NCBI GenBank assembly: GCA_001002135.1
Contig: LCLP01000002.1
Location: forward strand, 2,520 to 66,519
Source: Candidatus Pacebacteria bacterium GW2011_GWA1_46_10
GTDB lineage: Bacteria; Patescibacteriota; Microgenomatia; UBA1400; PJMF01
DNA length: 64,000 nucleotides
Direction of reading: 5' to 3'
The position numbers and the translations under genes are program-made. Of the stretch, positions 9,928 to 19,849 are shown in pieces (positions within the stretch are counted from its first letter, which is position 1; the number at the start of each line of letters is the position of its first letter). The notes beneath the pieces are model-generated. The model saw nothing but the letters and a program-made list of their open reading frames with translations, was not told where the DNA came from and made no database searches.

Positions 9928-9990
9928 ACACTTTTAAGTATCAGTAGTTAGTCTGACATCAGGCGTAACACTGATATAATAGAAAAATTG

Positions 9991-11211
9991 ATGAAAACGC
10001 TTTTATACCATTTGAAATATTGGTATCACTTCTTTAAAACTGGTCTGCTGAAGGGTTTGCCCGCTGCCATTCGTTATGGTTTTCCAACCCGTAAACTGAA
10101 GATTATTGCCATTACCGGCACTGACGGTAAAACCACCTCCTCTACCCTGATGTACGAGGTCCTGAAAGCAGCCGGCAAAAAGGCAGCCTTGCTGTCCACC
10201 GTCGCCGCCTACATCGGTACTGAGCAGATTGAAACAGGTTTCCACGTCACCAGCCCTGACGCTCATGACCTCCAAAAACTGATGGCCAAGATGGTGAAAC
10301 AAAAGATTAAGTATTTGGTATTGGAATTCACGTCGCATGGCGCTTACCAGCATCGGTTGTGGGGCATTAAACCGCTAATTGCCGGGGTGACTAACGTCAC
10401 CCATGAACACTTAGACTATCATTTGACCTATGAAAATTATGTCGAGGCCAAAGCCATGATCTTGGAGCGTGCCAAGATTGTGGTCCTCAACGAGGACGAT
10501 CAATCATTTCACCGTTTAAAAAAGTATCTCACCGACCATAATCGCGTCGTCACCTATTCGGTCGAAACACCACTGCCCAAAAAGATTCGTGACGCTGTTG
10601 AACCTAAGTTTCCAGAGCTTTACAACCAAATGAACGCTCGGCTGGTCACCAAGATCGCCACTCAACTGGGTATCAATCACCAAACTATCGCCCAAGGTAT
10701 TTGGAACTTCCAGGGCGTACCAGGACGCATGGAGTTTGTGCCTAATAAGCGCGGCCTTAAGATCGTCATCGATTTTGCTCATACCCCTAACGCGCTCGAG
10801 GAGGCGCTCAAAGCTCTGCGGCGTCATATGAAGACCAACCACCTGACTGGCCGCCTGATTGCTGTATATGGTGCGGCGGGCTTGCGCGACCTCACCAAGC
10901 GCCCGCTGATGGGGAAAGTTGGCGTGCAATATGCTGACTTGGTGGTTTTTACCGCCGAAGACCCCAGAACCGAGGATGTTTGGTCAATTATCCGCCAAAT
11001 GAAAGAACAACTGGTAGTTGGTCACAATCAAGTGGTGTCGCTTGGCGACCGAGAACAAGCCATTCATTTCGCGATTAACCACCTGGCGCGGCGCGGCGAC
11101 CTCGTCGCATTCTTTGGGAAAGGTCCAGAAAAGAGTATGTGTTATGGTACCACCGAGTTTCCATGGAGCGAGCGGGCAGTGGTCGAACAAGCCCTGGCTC
11201 AGAAAAAATAG
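9991..11211 (+). CDS. murE: UDP-N-acetylmuramoyl-tripeptide synthetase (Mur ligase, MurE-like)
   Basis: GTDGKTTSSTL P-loop and DFAHTPNALEEAL (MurE DYAHTPDAL motif). Located directly upstream of murC. Confidence 0.75.
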   Translation: MKTLLYHLKYWYHFFKTGLLKGLPAAIRYGFPTRKLKIIAITGTDGKTTSSTLMYEVLKAAGKKAALLSTVAAYIGTEQIETGFHVTSPDAHDLQKLMAKMVKQKIKYLVLEFTSHGAYQHRLWGIKPLIAGVTNVTHEHLDYHLTYENYVEAKAMILERAKIVVLNEDDQSFHRLKKYLTDHNRVVTYSVETPLPKKIRDAVEPKFPELYNQMNARLVTKIATQLGINHQTIAQGIWNFQGVPGRMEFVPNKRGLKIVIDFAHTPNALEEALKALRRHMKTNHLTGRLIAVYGAAGLRDLTKRPLMGKVGVQYADLVVFTAEDPRTEDVWSIIRQMKEQLVVGHNQVVSLGDREQAIHFAINHLARRGDLVAFFGKGPEKSMCYGTTEFPWSERAVVEQALAQKK

Positions 11212-11215
11212 CGGT

Positions 11216-12637
11216 ATGGAACTTTTGCATTTTAATTCTTTTTACTTGGTCGGCATCAAGGGGGTGGCGATGACGTCACTGGCCCAATTGTTGTTGGATG
11301 CCGACAAACAGGTGCAAGGGAGTGATACACCAGAAGATTTCCCGACCAAAATCCAACTTGACCGGCTCCAACTTTACCCTGATACACAATTCAAAACCCC
11401 ACTGCCAAGCACTATCGATTGTGTCATTTACACCGGCGCTCATAATGGTGGCAACAACCCACAAGTCAAATGGGCTAAAAAGCATCACATCCCGACTATT
11501 ACTCACGCTCAAGCGCTGGCGTACTTTTTTAACCAAAAGCGGGGAATAGCGGTGTGTGGGGTGGGCGGCAAATCCACGGTCGCGGCCATGATTACCTGGA
11601 TCTTGCACTCGCAACAGCTCAATCCGTCTTTTTCGGTGGGGGTGGGCAACATTCCTGGACTTGAGAAAACCGGCGCCTGGACGGACTCCAAATACTTTGT
11701 AGCGGAGGCAGATGAATACGTCGAAGATCCCACAATTAAAACAAAAGAAATTGTCCCTCGCTTTTCCTATCTCAAACCGTTTATCACGGTCTGTCCCAAT
11801 TTACGTTTTGACCACCCGGATGTGTACCGGAATTTTGAGCAGACTAAACAAGTTTTTGGCCAGTTCTTCACCCAAACTGATCCGGCTGGTGGTTTGATTG
11901 TCAATGGCGATGACCCAGTCCTGGTTAAACTGGCCAAGCAAGCTCATCCTCACGTACTCACCTTCGGCGAGAGCCATCATGTTGATTTCAGGTTGACCAA
12001 CTATCAATCACAGACTGGTCAAACGACGAGTACTTTTGAATATCAAGGCAAAACATACCAATTTACCCTCCACCTTCCCGGTAAATTCAATGCGCTCAAC
12101 GCCCTGGCTGCGATCGCCGCCACTAGTTTGACTGATTCACAAATCTTGAGCGACCACAACCTCAGTAAGTTCCGTTCCACTGCTCGCCGGTTTGAAAACA
12201 TTGGTGTTATTCACGGCGTGCAATGCTACGACGACTACGCCCATCATCCCCATGAGATCAAAGCCGCCATCGCGGCGCTCAACGAATGGTACCCCAAACA
12301 GCGTAAAGTGATTGCCTTCCAGTCTCACACCTACTCACGCACCAAACAACTTTTTGACGAGTTTGTCGACTCCTTCGCCGACGCCAAAGAAGTGGTGATG
12401 ACCGACATCTTTTCCTCCGCCCGTGAACAAAGTGATCCGACCATCTCTAGCACCAAGCTTTGTGAAGCAATCGAGAAAAAATATTCTCAGACCAAAGCGC
12501 AAAACCTGAAAACCAATAAAAAATTGGCCAACTATTTCAAAAAAGAGTTAAAACCCGGTGATATTTTCCTCACCCTTGGCGCAGGGGATATCTATGAAGT
12601 GTATCAGCTGTTAAATGAGGTTATTCTCAGCTTGTGA
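11216..12637 (+). CDS. murC: UDP-N-acetylmuramate--L-alanine ligase
   Basis: MurC N-terminus HFxGIGGxGMSxLA becomes HFNSFYLVGIKGVAMTSLAQLL here. P-loop CGVGGKSTVAAM. Start set at ATG 11216 (MELLHF). Confidence 0.8.
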   Translation: MELLHFNSFYLVGIKGVAMTSLAQLLLDADKQVQGSDTPEDFPTKIQLDRLQLYPDTQFKTPLPSTIDCVIYTGAHNGGNNPQVKWAKKHHIPTITHAQALAYFFNQKRGIAVCGVGGKSTVAAMITWILHSQQLNPSFSVGVGNIPGLEKTGAWTDSKYFVAEADEYVEDPTIKTKEIVPRFSYLKPFITVCPNLRFDHPDVYRNFEQTKQVFGQFFTQTDPAGGLIVNGDDPVLVKLAKQAHPHVLTFGESHHVDFRLTNYQSQTGQTTSTFEYQGKTYQFTLHLPGKFNALNALAAIAATSLTDSQILSDHNLSKFRSTARRFENIGVIHGVQCYDDYAHHPHEIKAAIAALNEWYPKQRKVIAFQSHTYSRTKQLFDEFVDSFADAKEVVMTDIFSSAREQSDPTISSTKLCEAIEKKYSQTKAQNLKTNKKLANYFKKELKPGDIFLTLGAGDIYEVYQLLNEVILSL

Positions 12638-12883
12638 AATCGTCATTACTACTTCTCTTCCATGCATGTCTTCTAAAATTATTTCACTGTCTAAACCATC
12701 AGCTCCTTTTCGATTCACCGCTTTTATCACCCCACTCTCCCATGCTCCACCAAAATAACGAATAAATCTAACTTCCTTACCAATTTTTCTTTCGTAAGCA
12801 CTAAGCCGGTATGCCCGTTCTATCCTCTTTTTTTCTTTCTTTTCTTCTCGTCTAGATTTTAACTCACCTAAAAACTCTCTCAT
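12611..12883 (-). CDS. hypothetical small basic protein (90 aa)
   Basis: ORF with a TGATATAAT box about 40 nt upstream and an AAGG before the ATG. No family recognised. Overlaps the murC 3' end by 27 nt. Confidence 0.35.
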   Translation of the reverse strand: MREFLGELKSRREEKKEKKRIERAYRLSAYERKIGKEVRFIRYFGGAWESGVIKAVNRKGADGLDSEIILEDMHGREVVMTISQAENNLI

Positions 12884-12928
12884 AAAGGCCTTGTTTTACT
12901 ACTTAATAGATCACGCTACATTATATCA

Positions 12929-14197
12929 TTGTGCTTGATGCATGAAGCCCCACTGATGTGCTACAGTAAAATCATGTTCAATATGTTCAAGAGGAGTAGT
13001 AAAGTTATGTTCAAAAGAAGGCGAAAGCTGCTGCCTGCGCTTTTACTGCTTATTTTTAGTCTGACTGGTTTAATTATTGCCTATCAACTGGTGGCTAAAT
13101 CACCTATTTTTACCACTTCTCGAGCCGCGGAAGGTTTGACCGAATACAACAATATTATCTATGGCTCTGCCATCGCTTACACTGGTGGGCGCGTTAACCT
13201 CAAGATGGACATTTATGTCCCCAAGCAGGCCACCGCTACCAATAGACTGCCAGTTGTAATTTACCTTCCCGGAGGCAGTTTTAAGGCTGCCCCCCGAAGT
13301 TGGGTACAACCAAGCGCCATGGAGTTGGCCCAATCAGGTTATGTCACGGCCGCAGTTGAATACCGCGTCCGTCCAGAAGAAACCGTCAGTTATGCCGCCC
13401 CTGATAAAGCTTTGCCAGTAATTCTTGATGCCCAACATGATGTCCAGGCTGCTGTCAGGTTCTTACGTGCCAACGCCGATAAATACAACCTCGACCCGAA
13501 CAGAGTTGGAGTAGTTGGTATTTCCGCTGGAGCGATCACCGCCCTTTATGTCGGTTATAACTATGAAGATCCCGGTGACTCTGGTAACCCTGGTTATTCT
13601 TCACGCGTGCAGGCAGTGGTCAGTATTGCCGGCGCGATGATCCAGCCAGAAAATTACATGGCTTCCGGCGACCCACCACTCTTAATGTTTCACGGTGAAA
13701 AGGACGGAGCCGTCCCATTTGCGATGGCTGAAAAAACCCGTGACGCTGCGAAGAATGTCGGCATTCCAGTCAAGTTTATTTCGTTCCCTAACCAACAACA
13801 CGTGATTTGGAACAACAAAGAAATTGAGCCAAATACTAATAATTTCCTCAAGCAGTACCTCAAGGATGTCTCAGCCACTCCATTGCCTTCTCCTTCACCC
13901 CAACCGTCACCAACCGGCGATAACACCAAACCAACAGAGGAAAACACTCCTCCCAACCAAAACACGGCTGGCCAAACACATTCCGTACAAAAACCAGGCG
14001 GTAAAACCCAAACAGAAAACCTGCTTTGTAGTCTCACCAATGGCTACTTACAAGCCAAAGGCCAACTGACGGAAGAGGAGCTAAAACAGCTAGATCACTT
14101 GATCGCAAAATACCACAACTTAAGTATTTTAGCTGAACTTGGTATCAGCAGTGCTGATGATCTGATGGTCTATTACCAGCAAAACTGCATTAATTAA
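12929..14197 (+). CDS. membrane-anchored alpha/beta-hydrolase (esterase/lipase-like) with a Pro/Ser-rich linker and a C-terminal extra domain
   Basis: Basic N-terminus plus TM anchor (KRRRKLLPALLLLIF...). Nucleophile elbow GISAGA. Oxyanion region VVIYLPGG. Linker PLPSPSPQPSPTGDNTKPTEENTPPNQ. The true start is probably an internal ATG between 12974 and 13007. Confidence 0.65.
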   Translation: MCLMHEAPLMCYSKIMFNMFKRSSKVMFKRRRKLLPALLLLIFSLTGLIIAYQLVAKSPIFTTSRAAEGLTEYNNIIYGSAIAYTGGRVNLKMDIYVPKQATATNRLPVVIYLPGGSFKAAPRSWVQPSAMELAQSGYVTAAVEYRVRPEETVSYAAPDKALPVILDAQHDVQAAVRFLRANADKYNLDPNRVGVVGISAGAITALYVGYNYEDPGDSGNPGYSSRVQAVVSIAGAMIQPENYMASGDPPLLMFHGEKDGAVPFAMAEKTRDAAKNVGIPVKFISFPNQQHVIWNNKEIEPNTNNFLKQYLKDVSATPLPSPSPQPSPTGDNTKPTEENTPPNQNTAGQTHSVQKPGGKTQTENLLCSLTNGYLQAKGQLTEEELKQLDHLIAKYHNLSILAELGISSADDLMVYYQQNCIN

Positions 14198-14251
14198 GCT
14201 TAACTCACAATGTGTTAAGGTTTACGAAAAAGTTAGAACCGAATTTCAAAA

Positions 14252-14578
14252 TTATTCGTTTTCTATTGAAACCCTGAGGTACTCTAGAGCGTTAGTGTAC
14301 TCTTTTGTTGTTTTTGCACCATCCAACCTATTCCAGCATTCCTGATAATAAGGACCTGTGTCATCCTCATCCTCGAAGAATCTTTGCTCTGAATAATGTG
14401 ATTTCATACTCTCTATGGCCAAAACTATCTTAGGAAGATGTTTAAAAAGTTGTTCTTCAGTTAAAGGATGGCGGCCCCCAGCGCACTCTTGTAAGAGTCC
14501 CATAACTTCAACTTTACTGACAGGTCTTACTTGGTTTGTGCCTTCAACCTCTGTTGGAGTTTCTACTGACCCCGACAT
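14252..14578 (-). CDS. hypothetical protein (108 aa)
   Basis: ORF only. Confidence 0.35.
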   Translation of the reverse strand: MSGSVETPTEVEGTNQVRPVSKVEVMGLLQECAGGRHPLTEEQLFKHLPKIVLAIESMKSHYSEQRFFEDEDDTGPYYQECWNRLDGAKTTKEYTNALEYLRVSIENE

Positions 14579-14753
14579 AGTCCCACCCCCTTTCTTGTGC
14601 AGAGATTATTTTAGCACTTAAGTCAAGGTTTAAGACCTAAAAATCAACGAAAAACTGGTAGATTATTTCAAAAAGAATCTAAAAACCCGATGACACTCTC
14701 CTCGCCCTCGACGCAGGAATATTTATGAAAAATTATTCCTAAATAATTTATTG

Positions 14754-14827
14754 TCGGGGAGACAGGACTCGAACCTGCGACCTCACGGTCCCAAACCGCG
14801 CACTCTAGCCATCTGAGCTACTCCCCG
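14754..14827 (-). tRNA. tRNA-Pro (anticodon TGG)
   Basis: Reverse complement folds as cggggag / D-arm gctcagatggctagagc / anticodon stem cgcgg-tttggga-ccgtg (TGG) / T-arm gcagg-ttcgagt-cctgt. Confidence 0.8.
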
Positions 14828-14831
14828 AATG

Positions 14832-14915
14832 TGCCGCGGGTGGGGGTCGAACCCACACTCTGTTGCCAGAACAAGATTTTAAGTCTTGCGTGTATACCGA
14901 TTTCACCACCGCGGC
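14832..14915 (-). tRNA. tRNA-Leu (anticodon TAA)
   Basis: Reverse complement: acceptor gccgcgg, anticodon arm caaga-cttaaaa-tcttg (TAA), long variable arm, T-arm gtggg-ttcgacc-cccac. Class II tRNA of 84 nt. Confidence 0.8.
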
Positions 14916-14966
14916 GTCACATTTCCAGATATGGACAACAAAAAGATTATATCACCAAACAAGTGG

Positions 14967-15416
14967 TTACTGAGATTTTTTCGGGAGCAAACCAAACTTT
15001 TTCGGGTAGGCCAACTGGAGAGTGAGAATAAACTCCGCAATCATCACCGCCTGGCAGGCCAGACAAACCGGACAAAGCACCTGCTCCACGAAGATTTCTA
15101 GGAAGGTAATGCGCAAACAAAACAACATGCCGAACGTGGCCATGAAAAAGGCCCATTTAAATCGTTTAAAAAACGCCGTGATAAAAATCACGAGGTAACC
15201 AACCAAACCGATCAAGGCCACCGGCATACCAAATAACTCTGATAAAGAACCGGTGGTGACGGGTCCACAACTAAAAACCGAGTTAATGTCACAGACCCCG
15301 ATATTCCGCTTGGTGTAGTATTCATAATACAAGTAGAGCGCCAATAAAATCCCCACTAAAGCTAGGTTCATCACCCACCAACGATACCTCACTAAGATTG
15401 GATCACTTTTCTTCAC
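14967..15416 (-). CDS. vitamin K epoxide reductase (VKOR) family thiol-oxidoreductase
   Basis: Four TM helices. Loop cysteine pair CDINSVFSC. Active-site CPVC within a TM segment. Confidence 0.7.
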   Translation of the reverse strand: MKKSDPILVRYRWWVMNLALVGILLALYLYYEYYTKRNIGVCDINSVFSCGPVTTGSLSELFGMPVALIGLVGYLVIFITAFFKRFKWAFFMATFGMLFCLRITFLEIFVEQVLCPVCLACQAVMIAEFILTLQLAYPKKFGLLPKKSQ

Positions 15417-15476
15417 AAATGAAGATTATTCTCCGAAGTTACGGTTTCTGCAAGAGAGTAACGAGAAACTAATAGT

Positions 15477-16838
15477 GTGAATGATCCACAACAAATCCTA
15501 AAACAATACTTCGGTTACGATACTTTTCGCCCACCGCAAGAATCAATTATTCAACATATTTTGGTGGGGGATCGCACACTCGCATTACTACCCACCGGGC
15601 AGGGCAAGTCGGTTTGTTACCAAATACCAGGACTGGTATCTCACGGCTTGACTATTGTGATTTCCCCCCTCATTGCGCTAATGAAAGACCAAGTTGATGC
15701 TCTTCATCACCGTGGGATCACCGCTCATTACGTCAACAGCACTCTGAGTAAAACAGAAATTGCCGCCAAATACGAAGACATTCGGCGCGGCCACTGTCGA
15801 TTCCTGTACGTGGCCCCCGAACGACTGCTGACCAAACCATTCTTAAAACTGATGCAAGCTCAATCACCCCAATTCGTCGCTGTCGACGAGGCCCACTGTT
15901 ACTCCACTTGGGGGCATGATTTCCGGCCGCATTACCGCGACATCCCGCGTTTTATCAGTAAGCTACCAACCGAACCAAAACTGGCACTCTTTACCGCCAC
16001 TGCCTCGAAAGCAGTAGTAGAGGATCTACAACAATCGTTTGGCGTTTCCACGAAACATACCTACCGTGGGAACTTTTTCCGCCATAATTTGTTTATCACC
16101 ACCCGCACCTTTGAACTGCGCTCACAGCGTTTTTTATATCTGGTTTACCTCTTGCGCCACGTTCATGCTGACCAAGTGGGTCTGATTTATGTGGCCACCC
16201 GAGAACAGGCCGAGATGTTGTATCAAGCGCTCAAACGACTCGATTTTGACCACCGGTTAGCCATTGACTACTATCATGCCGGCCGAACCAACCAAGAAAA
16301 AACCAAGATCCAAGAAAAATTTATCAATGACCAGCTGAAAATCGTCATTGCCACCAACGCTTTTGGCATGGGCATTGATAAGGACAATATCCGCTTTGTT
16401 ATTCACTGCCAAATGCCAGGTAGCTTGGAGAACTACGTTCAAGAAATCGGCCGAGCGGGCAGAGATGGTGAACTGAGTTGGTGTGAACTGTTATTTCATC
16501 CTTCGGATGTCCGGATTCATCAGCAACTTCAAGCAGGTAAAAAGGGTCAGCAGCGGGGACGGCGCTCACTACAGACCATGCTTGAATACCTAGAGAGTGA
16601 GCAGTGCCACCATCAGAAAATCCTAGCTTATTTCCAAGATCCGCAACGCTTCCCGCATGGCTGCCGCCGCTGCCAGCACTGTGCCCCATACTCCCAGCCA
16701 TTCCTTCACCAAATGCGTCTAGCCTTGCAAGATAAGCCAACTTTCCCGACCTTTATCGCCCAACAACAATATATACTGACTCAAAATCGAACACAAAATT
16801 GGTCCAAACTGATTGGCGTAGGCCTGGGAATGGTATAA
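15477..16838 (+). CDS. recQ: ATP-dependent DNA helicase, RecQ family
   Basis: Walker A PTGQGKS, DEAH box (DEAHCYSTWGHDFRP), RecQ zinc-binding cysteines in the C-terminal part. GTG start. Confidence 0.85.
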   Translation: MNDPQQILKQYFGYDTFRPPQESIIQHILVGDRTLALLPTGQGKSVCYQIPGLVSHGLTIVISPLIALMKDQVDALHHRGITAHYVNSTLSKTEIAAKYEDIRRGHCRFLYVAPERLLTKPFLKLMQAQSPQFVAVDEAHCYSTWGHDFRPHYRDIPRFISKLPTEPKLALFTATASKAVVEDLQQSFGVSTKHTYRGNFFRHNLFITTRTFELRSQRFLYLVYLLRHVHADQVGLIYVATREQAEMLYQALKRLDFDHRLAIDYYHAGRTNQEKTKIQEKFINDQLKIVIATNAFGMGIDKDNIRFVIHCQMPGSLENYVQEIGRAGRDGELSWCELLFHPSDVRIHQQLQAGKKGQQRGRRSLQTMLEYLESEQCHHQKILAYFQDPQRFPHGCRRCQHCAPYSQPFLHQMRLALQDKPTFPTFIAQQQYILTQNRTQNWSKLIGVGLGMV

Positions 16839-16847
16839 TACCAACCC

Positions 16848-17207
16848 ATGAGTGATCAAAAAATGACCTTGGTGGAGTTGGTAGAAAAATACCGCTCAAT
16901 TGCCGACTTTCTCAACACCCACTGGCCGCTGAAAGACAAACAACAGCAAACCTTTGCCCGCATCATGAAGTTGGTGGAAGAGCTCGGGGAATTATCCGAT
17001 GAAATTCTGACCAGCATGAATCTGGCGCGTGATTCCAAAATCGCCAAGTTTAGCCAGGAAAACATGCAGGATGAGTTCGCCGACGTCTTGGCTTCACTCA
17101 TTTTGCTGGCCATAGAACTGGACATCGATGTCGAGAAAGTGATGCGCAAAAAGATCACCTTTACCCGCGAGCGCTTTGGCATGGATTCCAAGCGCAGCAT
17201 GGTCTAA
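16848..17207 (+). CDS. MazG-like nucleotide pyrophosphohydrolase
   Basis: All-alpha NTP-PPase signature: EExxE (LVEELGELSDE) and later EFADVLASLILLA. Confidence 0.6.
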   Translation: MSDQKMTLVELVEKYRSIADFLNTHWPLKDKQQQTFARIMKLVEELGELSDEILTSMNLARDSKIAKFSQENMQDEFADVLASLILLAIELDIDVEKVMRKKITFTRERFGMDSKRSMV

Positions 17208-19024
17208 AGCCCCATGTGTTGATAGAGTTGCCCGTCTGAAAAACCTTTTTTGCGATAGTATTCTCTCGTGCCGATCGCCGAGATCACCGACAATCGCTTG
17301 AAACCCTGTTTCCTGGCCCGCTTCTTGGCTTCAGCCATCAACCTGGTACCAAGACCAAGGTGTTGGGCGTGTTTTTTAGCCTTAGCACCAATCTTGAGGG
17401 CCGGACCATAGACGTGGACTTCACGAATGATGGCGCTACCCTTGAGTTCGTCAATAAAGCCTGGTTGCTTAGGGAGGCTCAAGCGCAGGAAAGCGAGTAA
17501 CTTCTCACCCCTGGCGGTGGGCACCACGTATTGCAGAAACTGCTCTTCAGCTACGCTGGTCTGGTAGGTAACGGTTTTCAGCTTGATGTATTTCGGGTCA
17601 AATTTCTCCCCTCGAATTTCCCGGGCACGAATGTCATGCGAGTGCTGGCCAAGTTTCTCCAAGTGTGCTTCAGCAATCTGGCGGAAATTAGTTTTTTTGT
17701 TGCCTACCACAATATCAGTCGAGGGAATATCCCGAATCACTCGAGTGAGGCGGCAATAGGGCGAGGTAGCCAACAGTACGTGCGATAGAACGTCGAGCAA
17801 CTGCTGGTGGGTATACGGCTGCCATTTACCTGCCTGGTAATACTGCATTAACTCGGCGCTTTCGATCAGTGAACAGGGGTAAATCTTCAGTTCATCCGGG
17901 TGAAAATCAGGATCACTAAACAAGAGTTCGTAGTCCTTTTTATCGAGTGCTGGATCAGAACCGTAGAGATTGGCCATCCAGTGGGCGTGAATTTTAAAAC
18001 CGGCCTGACGCAGGAGCTTAAAGGCGTGCCGAGTGGCCGCTACATCATGGCCGCGGTGATTTTTCGCCAGGACCGAATCCTGCAGACTTTGCACCCCAAT
18101 TTGAGTCTTGGTACAGCCCAGTTTGCGCACGCGAATAACTTCCTCTTTGGAAATATTATCCGGCCGAGTCTCGATTACCAAACCAACGTTACGCACTTCG
18201 CCGGTTTCATTGATTTTTTGTTGAGCGGTCAACTCATCCCAAGTGGCGCTTTGGTATCTATCCAAACCAAGTTTTCGTTCCGGAGCTGTGTAAACTTCGG
18301 ACACCACTTGGTTATAGCGTTTGGTTAATTCTTCACCATGCACTTGCAATTTCTCGAAACGCTTAGCGTTTTCCTTGGGATCATCTGTTAAATACAATTG
18401 CTCTCGCGCCTCAAACTCGTGCTGTTTCTGGCGATAATACGAGCGAACTTTTGTCCGGTCGTCTCTGAAACCAAACTCATTCAAAGCGCGGAAACACTCT
18501 TTAATAAACCAGATTTGATAGCTTTCCGGGTAATATGACCAGGTGCCGCCGAGAATAATCAGTTCCACTTTATCGACGGGGTGACCCATCACAGAGAGGG
18601 CGTTGAGACGGTTGTACGTCTGCAAATATGGGTCAAAGTAGTTGCGCTCTGCCCGCTGGGCGCCCGGCTCATCACTCATGTAGGACTTGGGCATGCGGAT
18701 GTCATTGGGGCAGAAAATACACTTGCCAGGGCAGGGAAAAGGCTTAGTCAGCACCGTCACCGGCGCCACCCCGGAAATGGTACGGGTAGGCTTCATCATG
18801 ATTTTTTTGACCAAGGCTTCGTTGTAGGGTTTCAAGCCGTGGGTGCCGGCCAGTTGTTTGTAAGCTGTAATCAAGTCGGTTTTAGAAAGGAGAGTTTGAT
18901 TGGAAAGCGGTGAACGCTTAATCAACTTTTGCAACAACTGACCATCCACGTGTTTGGCTTGCTCCAGCGCTTTCCAAACAGTCAACACCTCTTTCAGATG
19001 GTCGGTATAATAAAACGGTTTCAT
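17204..19024 (-). CDS. elp3: Elp3-type tRNA uridine(34) carboxymethyl-synthase (radical SAM plus GNAT)
   Basis: Radical-SAM cluster CPGKCIFCPN (Cx3Cx2C). Central Elp3 domain. C-terminal GNAT acetyltransferase fold (HLGLGTRLMAEAKKRARKQGFKRLSV). Start placed at MKPFYY. Confidence 0.8.
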   Translation of the reverse strand: MKPFYYTDHLKEVLTVWKALEQAKHVDGQLLQKLIKRSPLSNQTLLSKTDLITAYKQLAGTHGLKPYNEALVKKIMMKPTRTISGVAPVTVLTKPFPCPGKCIFCPNDIRMPKSYMSDEPGAQRAERNYFDPYLQTYNRLNALSVMGHPVDKVELIILGGTWSYYPESYQIWFIKECFRALNEFGFRDDRTKVRSYYRQKQHEFEAREQLYLTDDPKENAKRFEKLQVHGEELTKRYNQVVSEVYTAPERKLGLDRYQSATWDELTAQQKINETGEVRNVGLVIETRPDNISKEEVIRVRKLGCTKTQIGVQSLQDSVLAKNHRGHDVAATRHAFKLLRQAGFKIHAHWMANLYGSDPALDKKDYELLFSDPDFHPDELKIYPCSLIESAELMQYYQAGKWQPYTHQQLLDVLSHVLLATSPYCRLTRVIRDIPSTDIVVGNKKTNFRQIAEAHLEKLGQHSHDIRAREIRGEKFDPKYIKLKTVTYQTSVAEEQFLQYVVPTARGEKLLAFLRLSLPKQPGFIDELKGSAIIREVHVYGPALKIGAKAKKHAQHLGLGTRLMAEAKKRARKQGFKRLSVISAIGTREYYRKKGFSDGQLYQHMGL

Positions 19025-19046
19025 ACTTTGAAGCCAGATTATAGCA
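19025..19046. promoter_or_regulatory. 22-bp divergent intergenic region with back-to-back -10 boxes for elp3 and the trm9-like gene
   Basis: On the minus strand, TATAAT sits 13 nt upstream of the elp3 ATG. The same bases on the plus strand (ATTATAG) lie 6 nt upstream of the methyltransferase ATG. Neither gene has a Shine-Dalgarno sequence. Confidence 0.4.
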
Positions 19047-19808
19047 ATGAAAGTCTCCACTATCCGTCAACTCAACGAATTCAACGCTAAGTTTTACCAA
19101 CTGACAGCGGAGGAATTCAGTAAAACTCGGGGTTTTTACTGGCAAGGGTGGAAAGAGTTACTGCCAATACTTCAACCGGTGGTCAAGGAAAAATCGCAGT
19201 TTAAAGTCCTGGACGTTGGCTGTGGCAACGGGCGTTTTGGGGAGTTTCTCTTTCGCCAGGTCGCCAAGAAAAAGCTCGTTTACCATGGTTTGGATAATAG
19301 CCAATCACTCTTGGCTACCGCGCAAAAAAAATTAGCGCCCCTCAAATTTGAAAAAGAATTTTTTACCGTTGATGTCGTTGAATCATTGCTCGATCAATCA
19401 TTAGAAAACAAACTACCACACAAAAAGTATCATTTGACCACGCTGTTTGGTGTCCTGCACCATATTCCCTCCACTAAACTGCGCCAAGAATTGATCAAAA
19501 CTCTTAGCAACTCCTTGACTTCAGGGGGACTGCTGGTGATGACTGCTTGGCAATTCCTCAATGACGAGCGCTTGGCCAAAAAGCAAATTCACCCCAGCAT
19601 CGTACAGATCGACCCTGAGGAACTGGAGTCAAACGACTTTATCCTTGATTGGCAAAGGGGCCTCACTGCGTACCGGTATTGTCATTTCACTGATGATCAA
19701 GAGATGGAGGAGTTAGTAAAAAACACAGACTTGAAATTTTTGAAACGTTACAGTGCCGATGGGAAAGCCGGCAATCTCAATGCTTACATTATCTTACAGA
19801 AGCCTTGA
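19047..19808 (+). CDS. Trm9/ALKBH8-type SAM-dependent tRNA methyltransferase (predicted cm5U to mcm5U)
   Basis: Motif I VLDVGCGNGRF matches Trm9 (VLDVGCGNGKY). Downstream VLHHIPSTKLRQ...SGGLLVMTAWQF parallels ALKBH8/Trm9 AVIHHFAT...RR...GGKALIYVWA. Divergent neighbour of elp3. Confidence 0.7.
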   Translation: MKVSTIRQLNEFNAKFYQLTAEEFSKTRGFYWQGWKELLPILQPVVKEKSQFKVLDVGCGNGRFGEFLFRQVAKKKLVYHGLDNSQSLLATAQKKLAPLKFEKEFFTVDVVESLLDQSLENKLPHKKYHLTTLFGVLHHIPSTKLRQELIKTLSNSLTSGGLLVMTAWQFLNDERLAKKQIHPSIVQIDPEELESNDFILDWQRGLTAYRYCHFTDDQEMEELVKNTDLKFLKRYSADGKAGNLNAYIILQKP

Positions 19809-19849
19809 AAGACACCCTGTTTCCAGATAAAATTGCGCCGTCCAACATT

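Noticed and set aside
14700-14753. Hairpin AGGAATA-(12 nt)-TATTCCT next to tRNA-Pro as a terminator.
   Set aside because: The 7-bp stem is not followed by a U-run on either strand, so terminator function is unsupported.
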